A stretch of DNA of 64,000 nt from positions 847,891 to 911,890 of the forward strand of contig CP116226.1 in NCBI GenBank assembly GCA_038182865.1. The letters are read 5' to 3'. Under the pieces are notes generated by a model, which saw nothing but the letters and a program-made list of their open reading frames with translations, ran no database searches and was not told the origin of the DNA. Origin of the DNA: Microbacterium enclense (GTDB lineage Bacteria > Actinomycetota > Actinomycetes > Actinomycetales > Microbacteriaceae). The position numbers were made by a program, and so were the translations under genes. How positions within the stretch are numbered: position 1 is the stretch's first letter; each line of letters opens with the position of its first letter. Shown here one piece after another: positions 18,998-27,310 of this stretch.

Positions 18998-19636
18998 TCA
19001 GGCGAGGTTGTCGGAGAGGTGGAGCAGCTGCGCGGTCAGCCACGACCGATAGGCGTCGATATCCCACCCGCGGGCGACGGTGAAGTGCGTCCACGGGTCG
19101 GGGCCGGTGAGGAGGCCGAGCACGTCGGCCGCGAGAGCGAGCTGGTCGATGCGGATGCGGTCGCGCTGAAGGAACCAGCCCGCCGCGATCGTCATGTCGC
19201 GGTGGCGGCGCATCTCGAGGTCGAGATAGGCAGCGCGCACCTCGGCGTCGCCGTCGGCCGCGGCGAGCATAGCCCGCACGATCGCCGCCGATCGCTGATT
19301 GGCCTCGATCAGGAAGTCGACGTACCGGCCGATCGCAAGGTCGGTGTCGGGCTCGCTCATGATGGCCGCGAGCTCGGGACGCTCGGTGAGCGAGTGCCGG
19401 CCCTCGTCGCCCGCGAAGGTCCGCTCGAAGGCGGCGATGAGAAGGGCGTGCTTCGGGCCGTTCAGGTGCACCGTCGGGATCGAGACCCCCGCCTCGGCCG
19501 CGATGGCCTTGATCGAGGTGGCGACGTAGCCGTCGCGGACGAAGAGCCGGGCCGCCGTGTCGACGATGTTCGCGCGCGTGGCGGCGGCCTCGGCCTGTCG
19601 CTTGGGGGACTGATAGCTGCGGGGCACGTGCCTCAC
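18998..19636 (-). CDS. TetR family transcriptional regulator
   Basis: HTH TSIKAIAAEAGVSIPTVH. 212 aa, GTG start. Lies 42 bp upstream of the GT gene on the same strand. Confidence 0.9.
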   Translation of the reverse strand: MRHVPRSYQSPKRQAEAAATRANIVDTAARLFVRDGYVATSIKAIAAEAGVSIPTVHLNGPKHALLIAAFERTFAGDEGRHSLTERPELAAIMSEPDTDLAIGRYVDFLIEANQRSAAIVRAMLAAADGDAEVRAAYLDLEMRRHRDMTIAAGWFLQRDRIRIDQLALAADVLGLLTGPDPWTHFTVARGWDIDAYRSWLTAQLLHLSDNLA

Positions 19637-19866
19637 GCTACTTCGCTGCGGAGACGCCGGCCCGGGCGATAAGGAGGCCCGCGACGATCTGCGCGCCGGT
19701 CGACACGAAGTACATGGTGTTCGTCAGCGCCTCGACCGCGCTGGCGTTGATGACGACACCGAGAGAGAAGGGCGAACGGCGGTGGCGGGAGCGGTCACGG
19801 ATGACTCCTTCGAGGAATGCGGGGAAACGCGAACGGGGTGAGAGTCATCCCGATCTCCACGATTGA

Positions 19867-19882
19867 CTATACACACGTATAG
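19867..19882. promoter_or_regulatory. inverted repeat CTATAC-ACAC-GTATAG in an AT-richer region upstream of the TetR-GT unit
   Basis: Read directly from the sequence. Candidate TetR operator; no experimental basis. Confidence 0.3.
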
Positions 19883-20090
19883 ATGAATACGGGGGGAAAA
19901 TTTCCACACAGCCTTCTCGACCTCAGGACCTGGGGGTAAACGAGGCCATTTTTGGCCATACATAGTCCACATCGATTACGCACATGCTGGCGGCATACCC
20001 GACACGAGTGTGCGGTTCGGACACGCGCTCACCGCGAGTACCGGCTCCGCGGATGCCCGATACCGGAGGCGCCGGCACACCGGCCTTGGG

Positions 20091-21752
20091 TCAGCTCGCC
20101 TCCGCCGGCACGCGGGGCGCGACCGGAAGATCGAGCGTCACGGTCGTCCGCCCGCCGGGCTCACTGTCGATGAGGACGCGCCCCTCGTGAGCGTTCACGA
20201 TGGCACGCACGCGAGTCAGCCCCAGCCCGAATCCCTGCACCGCACGGGAGCGTGCATGAGCGGTGCGGTAGAAGCGGTCGAAGACCCGCCGCTGCTCCCC
20301 ATAGGAGAGGCCCGGCCCGTCGTTGGCGACGGCGATCCGGACCCGCTCGTTCTGCTCGCAGAAGGACACCTCGACCCGGGAAGCGGGTTCGCCGAACTTG
20401 ACGGCATTCGTCAGAACCTCCGCGATCGCATTCTCCAGCTGCTCGCGATCCGCGCGGATCCGCGCTCGACACGCGCTCAGAATCTGCACGGAAGAGGACT
20501 CCGCGTCGGCCAACTTCTCGATGCGCCGCGCCGCGGCATCCACGATCTCCCGGAGGTCGACCTCTCCGAAACGGAGATCCCGGTCGCAGCCTGTCGCGGA
20601 GACGAGGTCGGTGATGCGATCGAGGAGGTCGTCGGCGCGTCGGGTGACGACGTCGATGTAGCGTCGCACCTTCGGATCATCGTCTCCGATGGCTTCGTCG
20701 ATGAGCGCCAGGAAGCCGGTCACGCCGGTCAGCGGGGTCCGCAGCTCGTGGGAGACCGTGCGCAGGAACTGCTCGCGCACCTCGATCGCATCGGCGAGCT
20801 CGGTGACGTCGTAGGCGACGACCACGGTCCCCTGCACGGATCCGTCCTGCCGACGCAGCTGGTTCGCGGAGGCAAGGACCGCCATCTGCGCCTCGGGCGA
20901 CCCGAGCCAGGCGAGATGCCCGCGGATCACCTCGCCGCGCAGTGCTTTCGGGATGAACTGCTCGTCGGCCGGAATGCGCGTGACCCTGTCTGCGCCGAGG
21001 ATGTCCTCCCCCGCGTACGGCGGCTCGTCCAGGCGGAACCCCGCCGCCTCCGCTATCTCGTGAGCGGCCGCGTTGGCGACCTTCAGGCGGCCCTGATCGT
21101 CGAAGAACGCCACGCCCGCGGCCACGGTGTCGAGCACGCCGGAGACGAGAGCCTCGGCGTCGTGCGCGTCGGAGAGCGCCTTCAGCTGCGCTCGAGTCGC
21201 CTGCGCCAGCTGCCGCTCGCGGCGCTGCAGCCGCCGCGCCGCGAGGAAGGCCGTGACCGCGAACGCGACGATGGCCAACGGGAGAGTGACCGTGTTCGCC
21301 CACTCCACCTCCGTCTGCGGCGCGGACCCCTCGGAAAGGAAGCGAAAGGTGACGATGAACGCCGACCCGACGACGGCGAGAGAAATGCCGGCCCAACCGA
21401 AGGAATAGGACGCCCAGACCAGGGGGAAGACGGCCAGCAGCGTCGCCCCCGGGAGCACTTGCACGACGTCCGCTCGAATCAGCGCGACGGCGACCACATC
21501 GAGAACCGCCACGACCAGCAGCCACGTGGGAGAGAACTTCTCCCACGGGACGAAGCCCGCCAACACGGTCGCCGCGACGCCCAGGGAGAAGCCGGCGATC
21601 GACGTCGTCGTGGCCAGCAGGGACGAGTCGATGATCCCGACGACGACGGCCACGTAGACGAGGCCGAGAGCGAAGGGAAGCTGCGTCTGCGCGAAGGCCG
21701 CACGACGCCCTCTCGGGCTCCCTCTCAGATCGACGATGGGCACGGGTGCCAC
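20091..21752 (-). CDS. PAS-domain sensor histidine kinase with a polytopic N-terminal membrane domain
   Basis: 553 aa. About 6 TM-like segments, then a PAS-like region, the H-box SHELRTPLT and a HATPase_c C-terminus. Confidence 0.9.
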   Translation of the reverse strand: MAPVPIVDLRGSPRGRRAAFAQTQLPFALGLVYVAVVVGIIDSSLLATTTSIAGFSLGVAATVLAGFVPWEKFSPTWLLVVAVLDVVAVALIRADVVQVLPGATLLAVFPLVWASYSFGWAGISLAVVGSAFIVTFRFLSEGSAPQTEVEWANTVTLPLAIVAFAVTAFLAARRLQRRERQLAQATRAQLKALSDAHDAEALVSGVLDTVAAGVAFFDDQGRLKVANAAAHEIAEAAGFRLDEPPYAGEDILGADRVTRIPADEQFIPKALRGEVIRGHLAWLGSPEAQMAVLASANQLRRQDGSVQGTVVVAYDVTELADAIEVREQFLRTVSHELRTPLTGVTGFLALIDEAIGDDDPKVRRYIDVVTRRADDLLDRITDLVSATGCDRDLRFGEVDLREIVDAAARRIEKLADAESSSVQILSACRARIRADREQLENAIAEVLTNAVKFGEPASRVEVSFCEQNERVRIAVANDGPGLSYGEQRRVFDRFYRTAHARSRAVQGFGLGLTRVRAIVNAHEGRVLIDSEPGGRTTVTLDLPVAPRVPAEAS

Positions 21753-21865
21753 TCACCTGCTTTCACGCTCGCGGTGACGGGGCGGGCCGCGAAACGAAAG
21801 GTACGTTATCTGACCTTCCCTGTCGCGTACAGCGGTGGCGGCCGTGGGCGAGCCGGAAAACGACG

Positions 21866-21896
21866 GACGCCGCCACCCCGAGGGAGTGACGGCGTC
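21866..21896 (-). terminator. possible intrinsic terminator after the DHA2 transporter gene
   Basis: GACGCCG-N17-CGGCGTC, followed on the minus strand by CGTCGTTTTCC. Confidence 0.4.
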
Positions 21897-21912
21897 TCGA
21901 CGACCGGCGGGG

Positions 21913-23472
21913 CTACTCCCCCGCGGCGGCGGGAGCAGCCTGCGTCGGCGCGGTCGGAACGGCGTCGCGCGGAGCTCCGTGCGGACGGATCATCGAGGGG
22001 CGGCGCATGAACAGCACCGCCACGAGGCCCACGGCGATGACCGCGATCGGCAGGAGCAGCGACTGTCCCATGGCCTCCGAGAATCCGCCGACGACCTGCG
22101 GCGGCAGCGTTCCGGAGCCGAAGCTCGCCCCGGCATCCGCAGCCCCCGGCAGGTTCGCCTCGAGACGTGCCTGCATGAAGGCCGCGATGGATGCCGACCC
22201 GATCACCGACCCGACGGTGCGGGTGGTGTTGTAGATGCCGGCGCCGGCACCCGCCTGCCGCGGCGGGAGGTTGCGCGTCGCGGTGGTCGCGAGCGGACCC
22301 CACATCCCCGCGTTGCCGACACCCATGAACGCCGCCGGGATGAGGAACGCCCAGATCGGCGCGTCGTTCAGGATGAGCGCGGTGTACAAGCCGAGCGACC
22401 CACCGACGAGGAGCAGACCCGGCACCAGCAGGAACCGCGGGTCGGTGCGGTCGAGGAGCTTGCCGGCGAACGGCGCGAGCACACCGGAGAGGATGGCGAG
22501 GGGGATGAGCAGCAGCGCGGATTCCGTCGGGGTGAGACCCCGCGCGAGCTGCAGGTAGAACATCTGCGGCAGGGCCATGCTCGTCACCGTGAAGCCCACC
22601 GCGGCGATCGCGAGGTTGGCGATCGAGAAGTTGCGATCGCGGAAGAGGTCGAGCGGCACGAGCGGCTCTCCCTTGTTGCGCGCCTGCGTCCAGACGAAGA
22701 CACCCATGACCACCACGCCGGCGACGACCATGGCCCAGATCCACGCGGCCCACGAGAAGTGCTCGCCCTCCTGGAGACCGAAGACGATGAGGAAGAGGCC
22801 GACCGCACTGAGCAGCACGCCGAGGATGTCGAACTTGTGGGCGGTGCGGGGCAGCTGCGGCACGAGGACCAGCGCGGCGATGAAGCCGATGATGCCGACC
22901 GGGATGTTGATGAAGAAGATCCACTCCCACCCGAGACCGTCGACGAGCAGACCGCCGGCGAGGGGACCGACGAGGGTGGCGACACCCGCGGTGGCGCCCC
23001 ACAGCCCTATGGCCGCACCGCGGTTCTGCGGCGGGAAGGTGCGGGTGATGACCGCCATGGTCTGCGGGGTCATCAGGGCGGCCCCGAGCCCCTGCACGGC
23101 ACGGGCGACGATGAGCACCTCGAGCGTCGGGGCCAGGCCGCACGCGAGGGAGGCGAGCGTGAAGATCGCGAGGCCCGTGAGGTAGACGTTCTTCGGGCCG
23201 AAGCGGTCACCGAGACGACCGGTGATCAGCAGCGGCACGGCGTACGTCAGCAGGTAGGCACTGGTGACCCACACGACGTTGTCGAGGTTGTTCGTGTTCG
23301 GATCGAGGGCGGCCTTGATGGCGGGGTTGGCCACCGAGACGATCGTGGTGTCGACCAGGATCATGAAGAACCCGATGACCAGCGCCCAGAGGGCGGGCCA
23401 GGGGCTGCGTTCGGGGGTCTTGTGAGACCCGGTGCGAGTGGATGCCGTGGTGGCGGCGCGAGCGTCGGTCAT
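21913..23472 (-). CDS. MFS drug:H+ antiporter, DHA2 (EmrB/QacA, 14-TM) family
   Basis: Internal ATG at 23472 of ORF 21913..23583, with a 4-bp ATGA overlap with the PadR stop. About 14 hydrophobic segments. Confidence 0.9.
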   Translation of the reverse strand: MTDARAATTASTRTGSHKTPERSPWPALWALVIGFFMILVDTTIVSVANPAIKAALDPNTNNLDNVVWVTSAYLLTYAVPLLITGRLGDRFGPKNVYLTGLAIFTLASLACGLAPTLEVLIVARAVQGLGAALMTPQTMAVITRTFPPQNRGAAIGLWGATAGVATLVGPLAGGLLVDGLGWEWIFFINIPVGIIGFIAALVLVPQLPRTAHKFDILGVLLSAVGLFLIVFGLQEGEHFSWAAWIWAMVVAGVVVMGVFVWTQARNKGEPLVPLDLFRDRNFSIANLAIAAVGFTVTSMALPQMFYLQLARGLTPTESALLLIPLAILSGVLAPFAGKLLDRTDPRFLLVPGLLLVGGSLGLYTALILNDAPIWAFLIPAAFMGVGNAGMWGPLATTATRNLPPRQAGAGAGIYNTTRTVGSVIGSASIAAFMQARLEANLPGAADAGASFGSGTLPPQVVGGFSEAMGQSLLLPIAVIAVGLVAVLFMRRPSMIRPHGAPRDAVPTAPTQAAPAAAGE

Positions 23473-24092
23473 GCGACTGTCTCCTTTGAGACGCGGTGCT
23501 TGTTCTTGATGTGTTCGGGGATCTCGTCGACGCCCCAGGCGAGGGAGCGGTCGGCGAGGCGCGCGCGCAGGGAGTCCTGCCACGCGAGTTCGGCGTCGAG
23601 AAGAGCTGTCTGCCGCTGCAGTTCGACGAGGAACTGTTCGGGGGTGCGGCGACCCGCCGCCCGCTCGAGACCCGCGCGATGTTCGTCGGCGGATGCGACG
23701 AGAAGCGCACGGCGCTGGTCGAGCAGGGCGACGACCTCGTCGCGCTCGAGGTTGTGGGCCTCGGACAGCGCGACGCGGAAGTCGCTCGCCCGATCGACCT
23801 GGGGAAGCTCGGCGCGCACCCAGTCCTCGACCGCCTGGCGGCCGGCATCCAGGAGCGTGTAGGTCGTCCGCTCGGGACGGTTGCCATCGCGGTCCACACC
23901 GACCTCGGCCAGGAGGCCGTCGCGCTCGAGGCGCGCGACCGTGTGGTAGATCGTGCCCTTCTGCAGCGACACGAGCCGATCGTCACGGCGCTCCTTGAGC
24001 AGCCGGATGAGCTCGTACGGGTGCATGTCGGACTCGCGCAGGGTGGCGAGGATCATGACGGCGAGCGGCGTGAGACGCGCGGGCTCCGGCAT
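23469..24092 (-). CDS. PadR family transcriptional regulator
   Basis: LAVMILATLRESDMHPYELIRLL...GTIYHTVARLERDGLL, 207 aa. Confidence 0.9.
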   Translation of the reverse strand: MPEPARLTPLAVMILATLRESDMHPYELIRLLKERRDDRLVSLQKGTIYHTVARLERDGLLAEVGVDRDGNRPERTTYTLLDAGRQAVEDWVRAELPQVDRASDFRVALSEAHNLERDEVVALLDQRRALLVASADEHRAGLERAAGRRTPEQFLVELQRQTALLDAELAWQDSLRARLADRSLAWGVDEIPEHIKNKHRVSKETVA

Positions 24093-24118
24093 CCGCCCTC
24101 CTTATGGTCCGTATCGAC

Positions 24119-24134
24119 TAGTCCACGTGGACTA
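24119..24134. promoter_or_regulatory. perfect 16-bp palindrome, candidate PadR operator
   Basis: TAGTCCACGTGGACTA, 27 nt upstream of the PadR start. Imperfect extension CGACTAGTCCAC/GTGGACTATACG. Confidence 0.5.
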
Positions 24135-24294
24135 TACGCGTATCGGTGCGGATTCGCGAGCCCTCCGCGCGTCGCGACGTGATGCTCTCGCGTCGCGGGC
24201 ACGCACACCCGTACGATCGGGGTCGCCCTCGCGCCCTCGCGCCCTCGCCCCCGCGCGCGCTCGCCCCCGCGCGCCCTCGCGCTCTCGCGTCGAG

Positions 24295-24344
24295 TGTCCA
24301 AAACACCCGGACGGTTTTTCGCCGCGTCCGGGTGTTCTGGACAC
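24295..24344 (-). terminator. 20-bp-stem hairpin 21 nt downstream of the BCCT stop
   Basis: GTGTCCAAAACACCCGGACG-gtttttcgcc-CGTCCGGGTGTTCTGGACAC with one mismatch. No clear U-tract. Confidence 0.5.
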
Positions 24345-24364
24345 TCAGTCGGTAATCGGGGTGC

Positions 24365-26104
24365 CTACGACTCGGGCGACGATGGCGCCTCGGAGCCGAG
24401 CGACGCCGAAGCGGGCGGGGTCGGCGCGGGCCGGCGCGGACGCCACCGCACGGGGATGCCGAAGATCCCGCGCTGATTGGGCTCCTCGACCTCGAGGCCG
24501 TAGTGCTCGCCGATCGAGTCGCGCAGCTGCGCCCGCTCGGCCTTGTCGTACGCGCGCAACTCCCGCCGGAACGCCACGACCGTGGCCCAGCAGATCGCGA
24601 GCAGCACGAGACTGAACGGCAGGGCGATGCTGATCGCCGCGGTCTGCAGGGCGGTCAAGCCGCCCGCCAGCAGCAGGGCGAACGCGATGAGCGAGGTCGC
24701 GAGGGTGAAGAAGATACGCACCCAGCGCTTCGGCTCCTCTTCGCCGCCGGTGGCGATCATGCCCATCACGAGCGCGCCCGAATCGGCCGATGTCACGAAG
24801 AAGATCCCGATGAGGATGAGGAATCCGACGGAGAGGAAGACCGTGCCGGGAACGCTCTCGAGCATCTGGAAGAGCGCGGTCGACACGTTCACCGACCCGT
24901 CGGGGCCCACCAGCGCGACCGTCCCGGTCAGCTCGCCGTAGATCGCGGTCCCACCGAGCACGGTGAACCACAGGATGCCGACGAGCGTGGGCACCAAGAT
25001 GACGCCGGTGACGAACTCGCGGACCGTCCGACCGCGCGAGATGCGGGCGATGAAGATTCCGACGAAGGGGGCCCAGGAGATCCACCAGCCCCAGTAGAAC
25101 GCCGTCCACGTGCCCTGCCAGGCCACGCCCTCCTCACCCGAGTAGGCGCTCGTGGTGAAGGAGAGGCCGACGAAGTTCTGGATGTAGTTGCCGATCGACT
25201 GCACGACGTCGCGCAGGAGGAACTCGGTGGGTCCGGCGAACAGCAGGTACAGCATGAGAAGGCCGGCGAGCACGAGGTTGATGTTCGACAGCCACTTCAT
25301 GCCCTTGCCGACGCCCGACAGCACCGAGAACAGCACGAAGCCGGTGATGATCCCGACGATGATCGCCTGGCTGATCACCGACGGCGACACGATGCCGAGG
25401 TACTCCAGCCCCGCGCTGATCTGGATGACGCCGAGACCCAGCGACGTCGCGACGCCGAAGAGGGTGCCGACGAGGGCGGCGACATCCACCGCGTTGCCCC
25501 AGGCGCCCTGCACGAGACGGGCGCCGAGGATCGGTTCGAGGGCCCACCGGATGGTGCGCGGGCGACGGCGACGGTGGAACGCGTACGCCAGGGCCAGCCC
25601 GATCACGACGTAGATCGACCACGCGTGAACACCCCAGTGCAGGAAGGTCTGCGACATGGCCTGCTGCGCGAGCTGGTTCGGTGTTCCCGAGACCCCCGGA
25701 CGCGGTTCGGCGAAGTGACTGAGCGGCTCGCTCACGCCGTAGAACACCAGGCCGATGCCCATGCCCGCCGCGAACAGCAGGGAGAACCACGACATGGTGG
25801 AGAACTCGGGCTCGTCGTCGTCCTGTCCGAGCGTGATGTTGCCGAACCGGCTGAAGCCCATCGTGAGGGCGAACACGACGAAGAACGCCGCGATCAGCAC
25901 GTAGTACCAGTTGAACGCCGACACGATGGTGGTCTGGACCGCGCCGAACGTGGCCTCGGCTGCGGTCGGGAAGAGCATGGCGAAAGCAATGAACGCCAGG
26001 GCGATCGCAGCGGCGGGCCAGAACACCCATCCGCGGATCGTCTTGTGGCGACTGCCCAGATGCGGGTCGATGCTCACCGTGGTGTCGGGGGCTGCCTCGG
26101 TCAT
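24365..26104 (-). CDS. BCCT family betaine/carnitine/choline transporter
   Basis: Internal ATG at 26104 of the artefactual 1795-aa ORF. WFSLLFAAGMGIGLVFYGVSEP is a BCCT signature. 579 aa. Confidence 0.92.
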   Translation of the reverse strand: MTEAAPDTTVSIDPHLGSRHKTIRGWVFWPAAAIALAFIAFAMLFPTAAEATFGAVQTTIVSAFNWYYVLIAAFFVVFALTMGFSRFGNITLGQDDDEPEFSTMSWFSLLFAAGMGIGLVFYGVSEPLSHFAEPRPGVSGTPNQLAQQAMSQTFLHWGVHAWSIYVVIGLALAYAFHRRRRPRTIRWALEPILGARLVQGAWGNAVDVAALVGTLFGVATSLGLGVIQISAGLEYLGIVSPSVISQAIIVGIITGFVLFSVLSGVGKGMKWLSNINLVLAGLLMLYLLFAGPTEFLLRDVVQSIGNYIQNFVGLSFTTSAYSGEEGVAWQGTWTAFYWGWWISWAPFVGIFIARISRGRTVREFVTGVILVPTLVGILWFTVLGGTAIYGELTGTVALVGPDGSVNVSTALFQMLESVPGTVFLSVGFLILIGIFFVTSADSGALVMGMIATGGEEEPKRWVRIFFTLATSLIAFALLLAGGLTALQTAAISIALPFSLVLLAICWATVVAFRRELRAYDKAERAQLRDSIGEHYGLEVEEPNQRGIFGIPVRWRPRRPAPTPPASASLGSEAPSSPES

Positions 26105-26215
26105 TCCATCGAGGGTACTCAGGGCCGCGCCGCGGACCGAGGGGCGGGCGCCGTCACGCCGCGTGTGACACAATCCGCGCCGGTGGGGCGGGCTCGCACC
26201 CGCAATAATGAGCGG

Positions 26216-27148
26216 GTGACTCCCGCTCCCCCCGCCGATCTCGCCGGTTGGCGCCACGTCTATTCCGGCAAGGTGCGCGACCTCTACGTCCCCGCCGACA
26301 CCGCTGAACACGCGACGCCCGCGCACCTGCTCGTGGTCGCGAGCGACCGCGTCAGCGCGTTCGACCACGTGCTCTCGCCCGGCATCCCCGACAAGGGCGT
26401 GCTCCTGACGACGCTGAGCCTGTGGTGGTTCGACCAGCTCGCCGGCGCCGACGGGGGGCGTGGCATCCCGAATCATCTGGCCGCCGACCACGCGCTGGTG
26501 GCAGGCGGCGCGGTGGAGCTGATCCCGGATGCCGTCCGCGGCCGCGCCATGCTGGTCCGCTCGCTCGACATGCAGCCGATCGAGTGCGTCGTCCGCGGCT
26601 ACCTCACCGGGTCGGGCTGGGCGGAGTACCGCACCGAGGGCACGGTCTGCGGCATCCGTCTCCCCGAGGGCCTGAACGACGGCGACCGCCTGCCGGAACC
26701 GCTGTACACGCCCGCGTTCAAAGCGCCGATGGGCGAGCACGACGAGAACATCACGTTCGAGCGTTCCGTCGAGATCGTCGGCGCCGAGACGGCGACGGCG
26801 CTGCGCGACGCGTCGCTGGAGATCTACCGCCGCGCGGCGACGACCGCCGAGGCGCACGGGCTGATCCTCGCCGACACGAAGTTCGAGTTCGGCTTCGATG
26901 CGAACGGGGTGCTGACCCTCGCCGACGAGGTCCTGACCTCGGACTCTTCGCGATACTGGGATGCCGAAGCCTGGCGCACCGGCGCCACCCCGGCGGAGCG
27001 CATGGCGAGCTTCGACAAGCAGATCGTGCGCGACTGGCTCGCGGCGAACTGGGACAAGCAGGGCGAGCCGCCCGCGCTTCCCGCCGAGATCGTCGAGCGC
27101 ACCCGCGAGCGTTACGCGGAGCTGCTGCAGTTGCTCACGGCATCCTGA
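26216..27148 (+). CDS. purC: phosphoribosylaminoimidazole-succinocarboxamide synthase
   Basis: GTG at 26216. YSGKVRDLY..., LLVVASDRVSAFD, LADTKFEFG. Confidence 0.95.
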   Translation: MTPAPPADLAGWRHVYSGKVRDLYVPADTAEHATPAHLLVVASDRVSAFDHVLSPGIPDKGVLLTTLSLWWFDQLAGADGGRGIPNHLAADHALVAGGAVELIPDAVRGRAMLVRSLDMQPIECVVRGYLTGSGWAEYRTEGTVCGIRLPEGLNDGDRLPEPLYTPAFKAPMGEHDENITFERSVEIVGAETATALRDASLEIYRRAATTAEAHGLILADTKFEFGFDANGVLTLADEVLTSDSSRYWDAEAWRTGATPAERMASFDKQIVRDWLAANWDKQGEPPALPAEIVERTRERYAELLQLLTAS

Positions 27149-27200
27149 TCCGCCCGCGGAGGCTTCGACAGGCTCAGCCACCGCGTCCCGCCGCCCCGGC

Positions 27201-27282
27201 GAGCCCCGAGCCGTGAGCACCGGCTCCTGAGCCCGAGCGCCGGCCCCTGAGCCCGAGCTCGGGTCCCCGAGCCCGCCGAAGG
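27201..27282. repeat. four ~20-22-bp tandem repeats (C)CCTGAGCCCGAGC-type
   Basis: GAGCCCCGAGCCGTGAGCACCG / GCTCCTGAGCCCGAGCGCCG / GCCCCTGAGCCCGAGCTCGG / GTCCCCGAGCCCGCCGAAGG, between purC and the permease gene. Confidence 0.8.
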
Positions 27283-27310
27283 GCCCCCGACCACACCCCC
27301 AAGGAGACAC

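Noticed and set aside
19638-19847. A small minus-strand frame ending (TAG 19638-19640) 2 nt from the TetR start, with a hydrophobic tail ...MYFVSTGAQIVAGLLIARAGVSAAK
   Set aside because: The only canonical start in frame is the ATG at 19715, which gives 25 aa. Upstream in-frame sequence has no ATG/GTG/TTG before a stop at 19845-19847. It could be a tiny membrane peptide or a gene remnant, but I cannot support it from sequence alone.
24140-24290. A low-complexity run of CGCCCTCGCG/CGCCCCCGCGCG motifs between the PadR promoter and the BCCT terminator hairpin
   Set aside because: Irregular GC-rich simple sequence without a defined unit or dyad. Several short ORFs across it are mutually overlapping and Arg/Ala/Pro-rich. 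Treated as spacer DNA.
26105-27310. Riboswitches (purine, ZTP/pfl, PRPP) in the leaders of purC, the NCS2 permease, purD (7497-7650) and purS (48149-48332)
   Set aside because: I looked for the conserved ZTP 3' element (CCGCCUGGGC-like) and for purine-riboswitch junction sequences and found no convincing match. The nearest string, CCGCCAGGCC at about 48237, lacks the partner sub-domain. A covariance-model scan would be needed to be sure.
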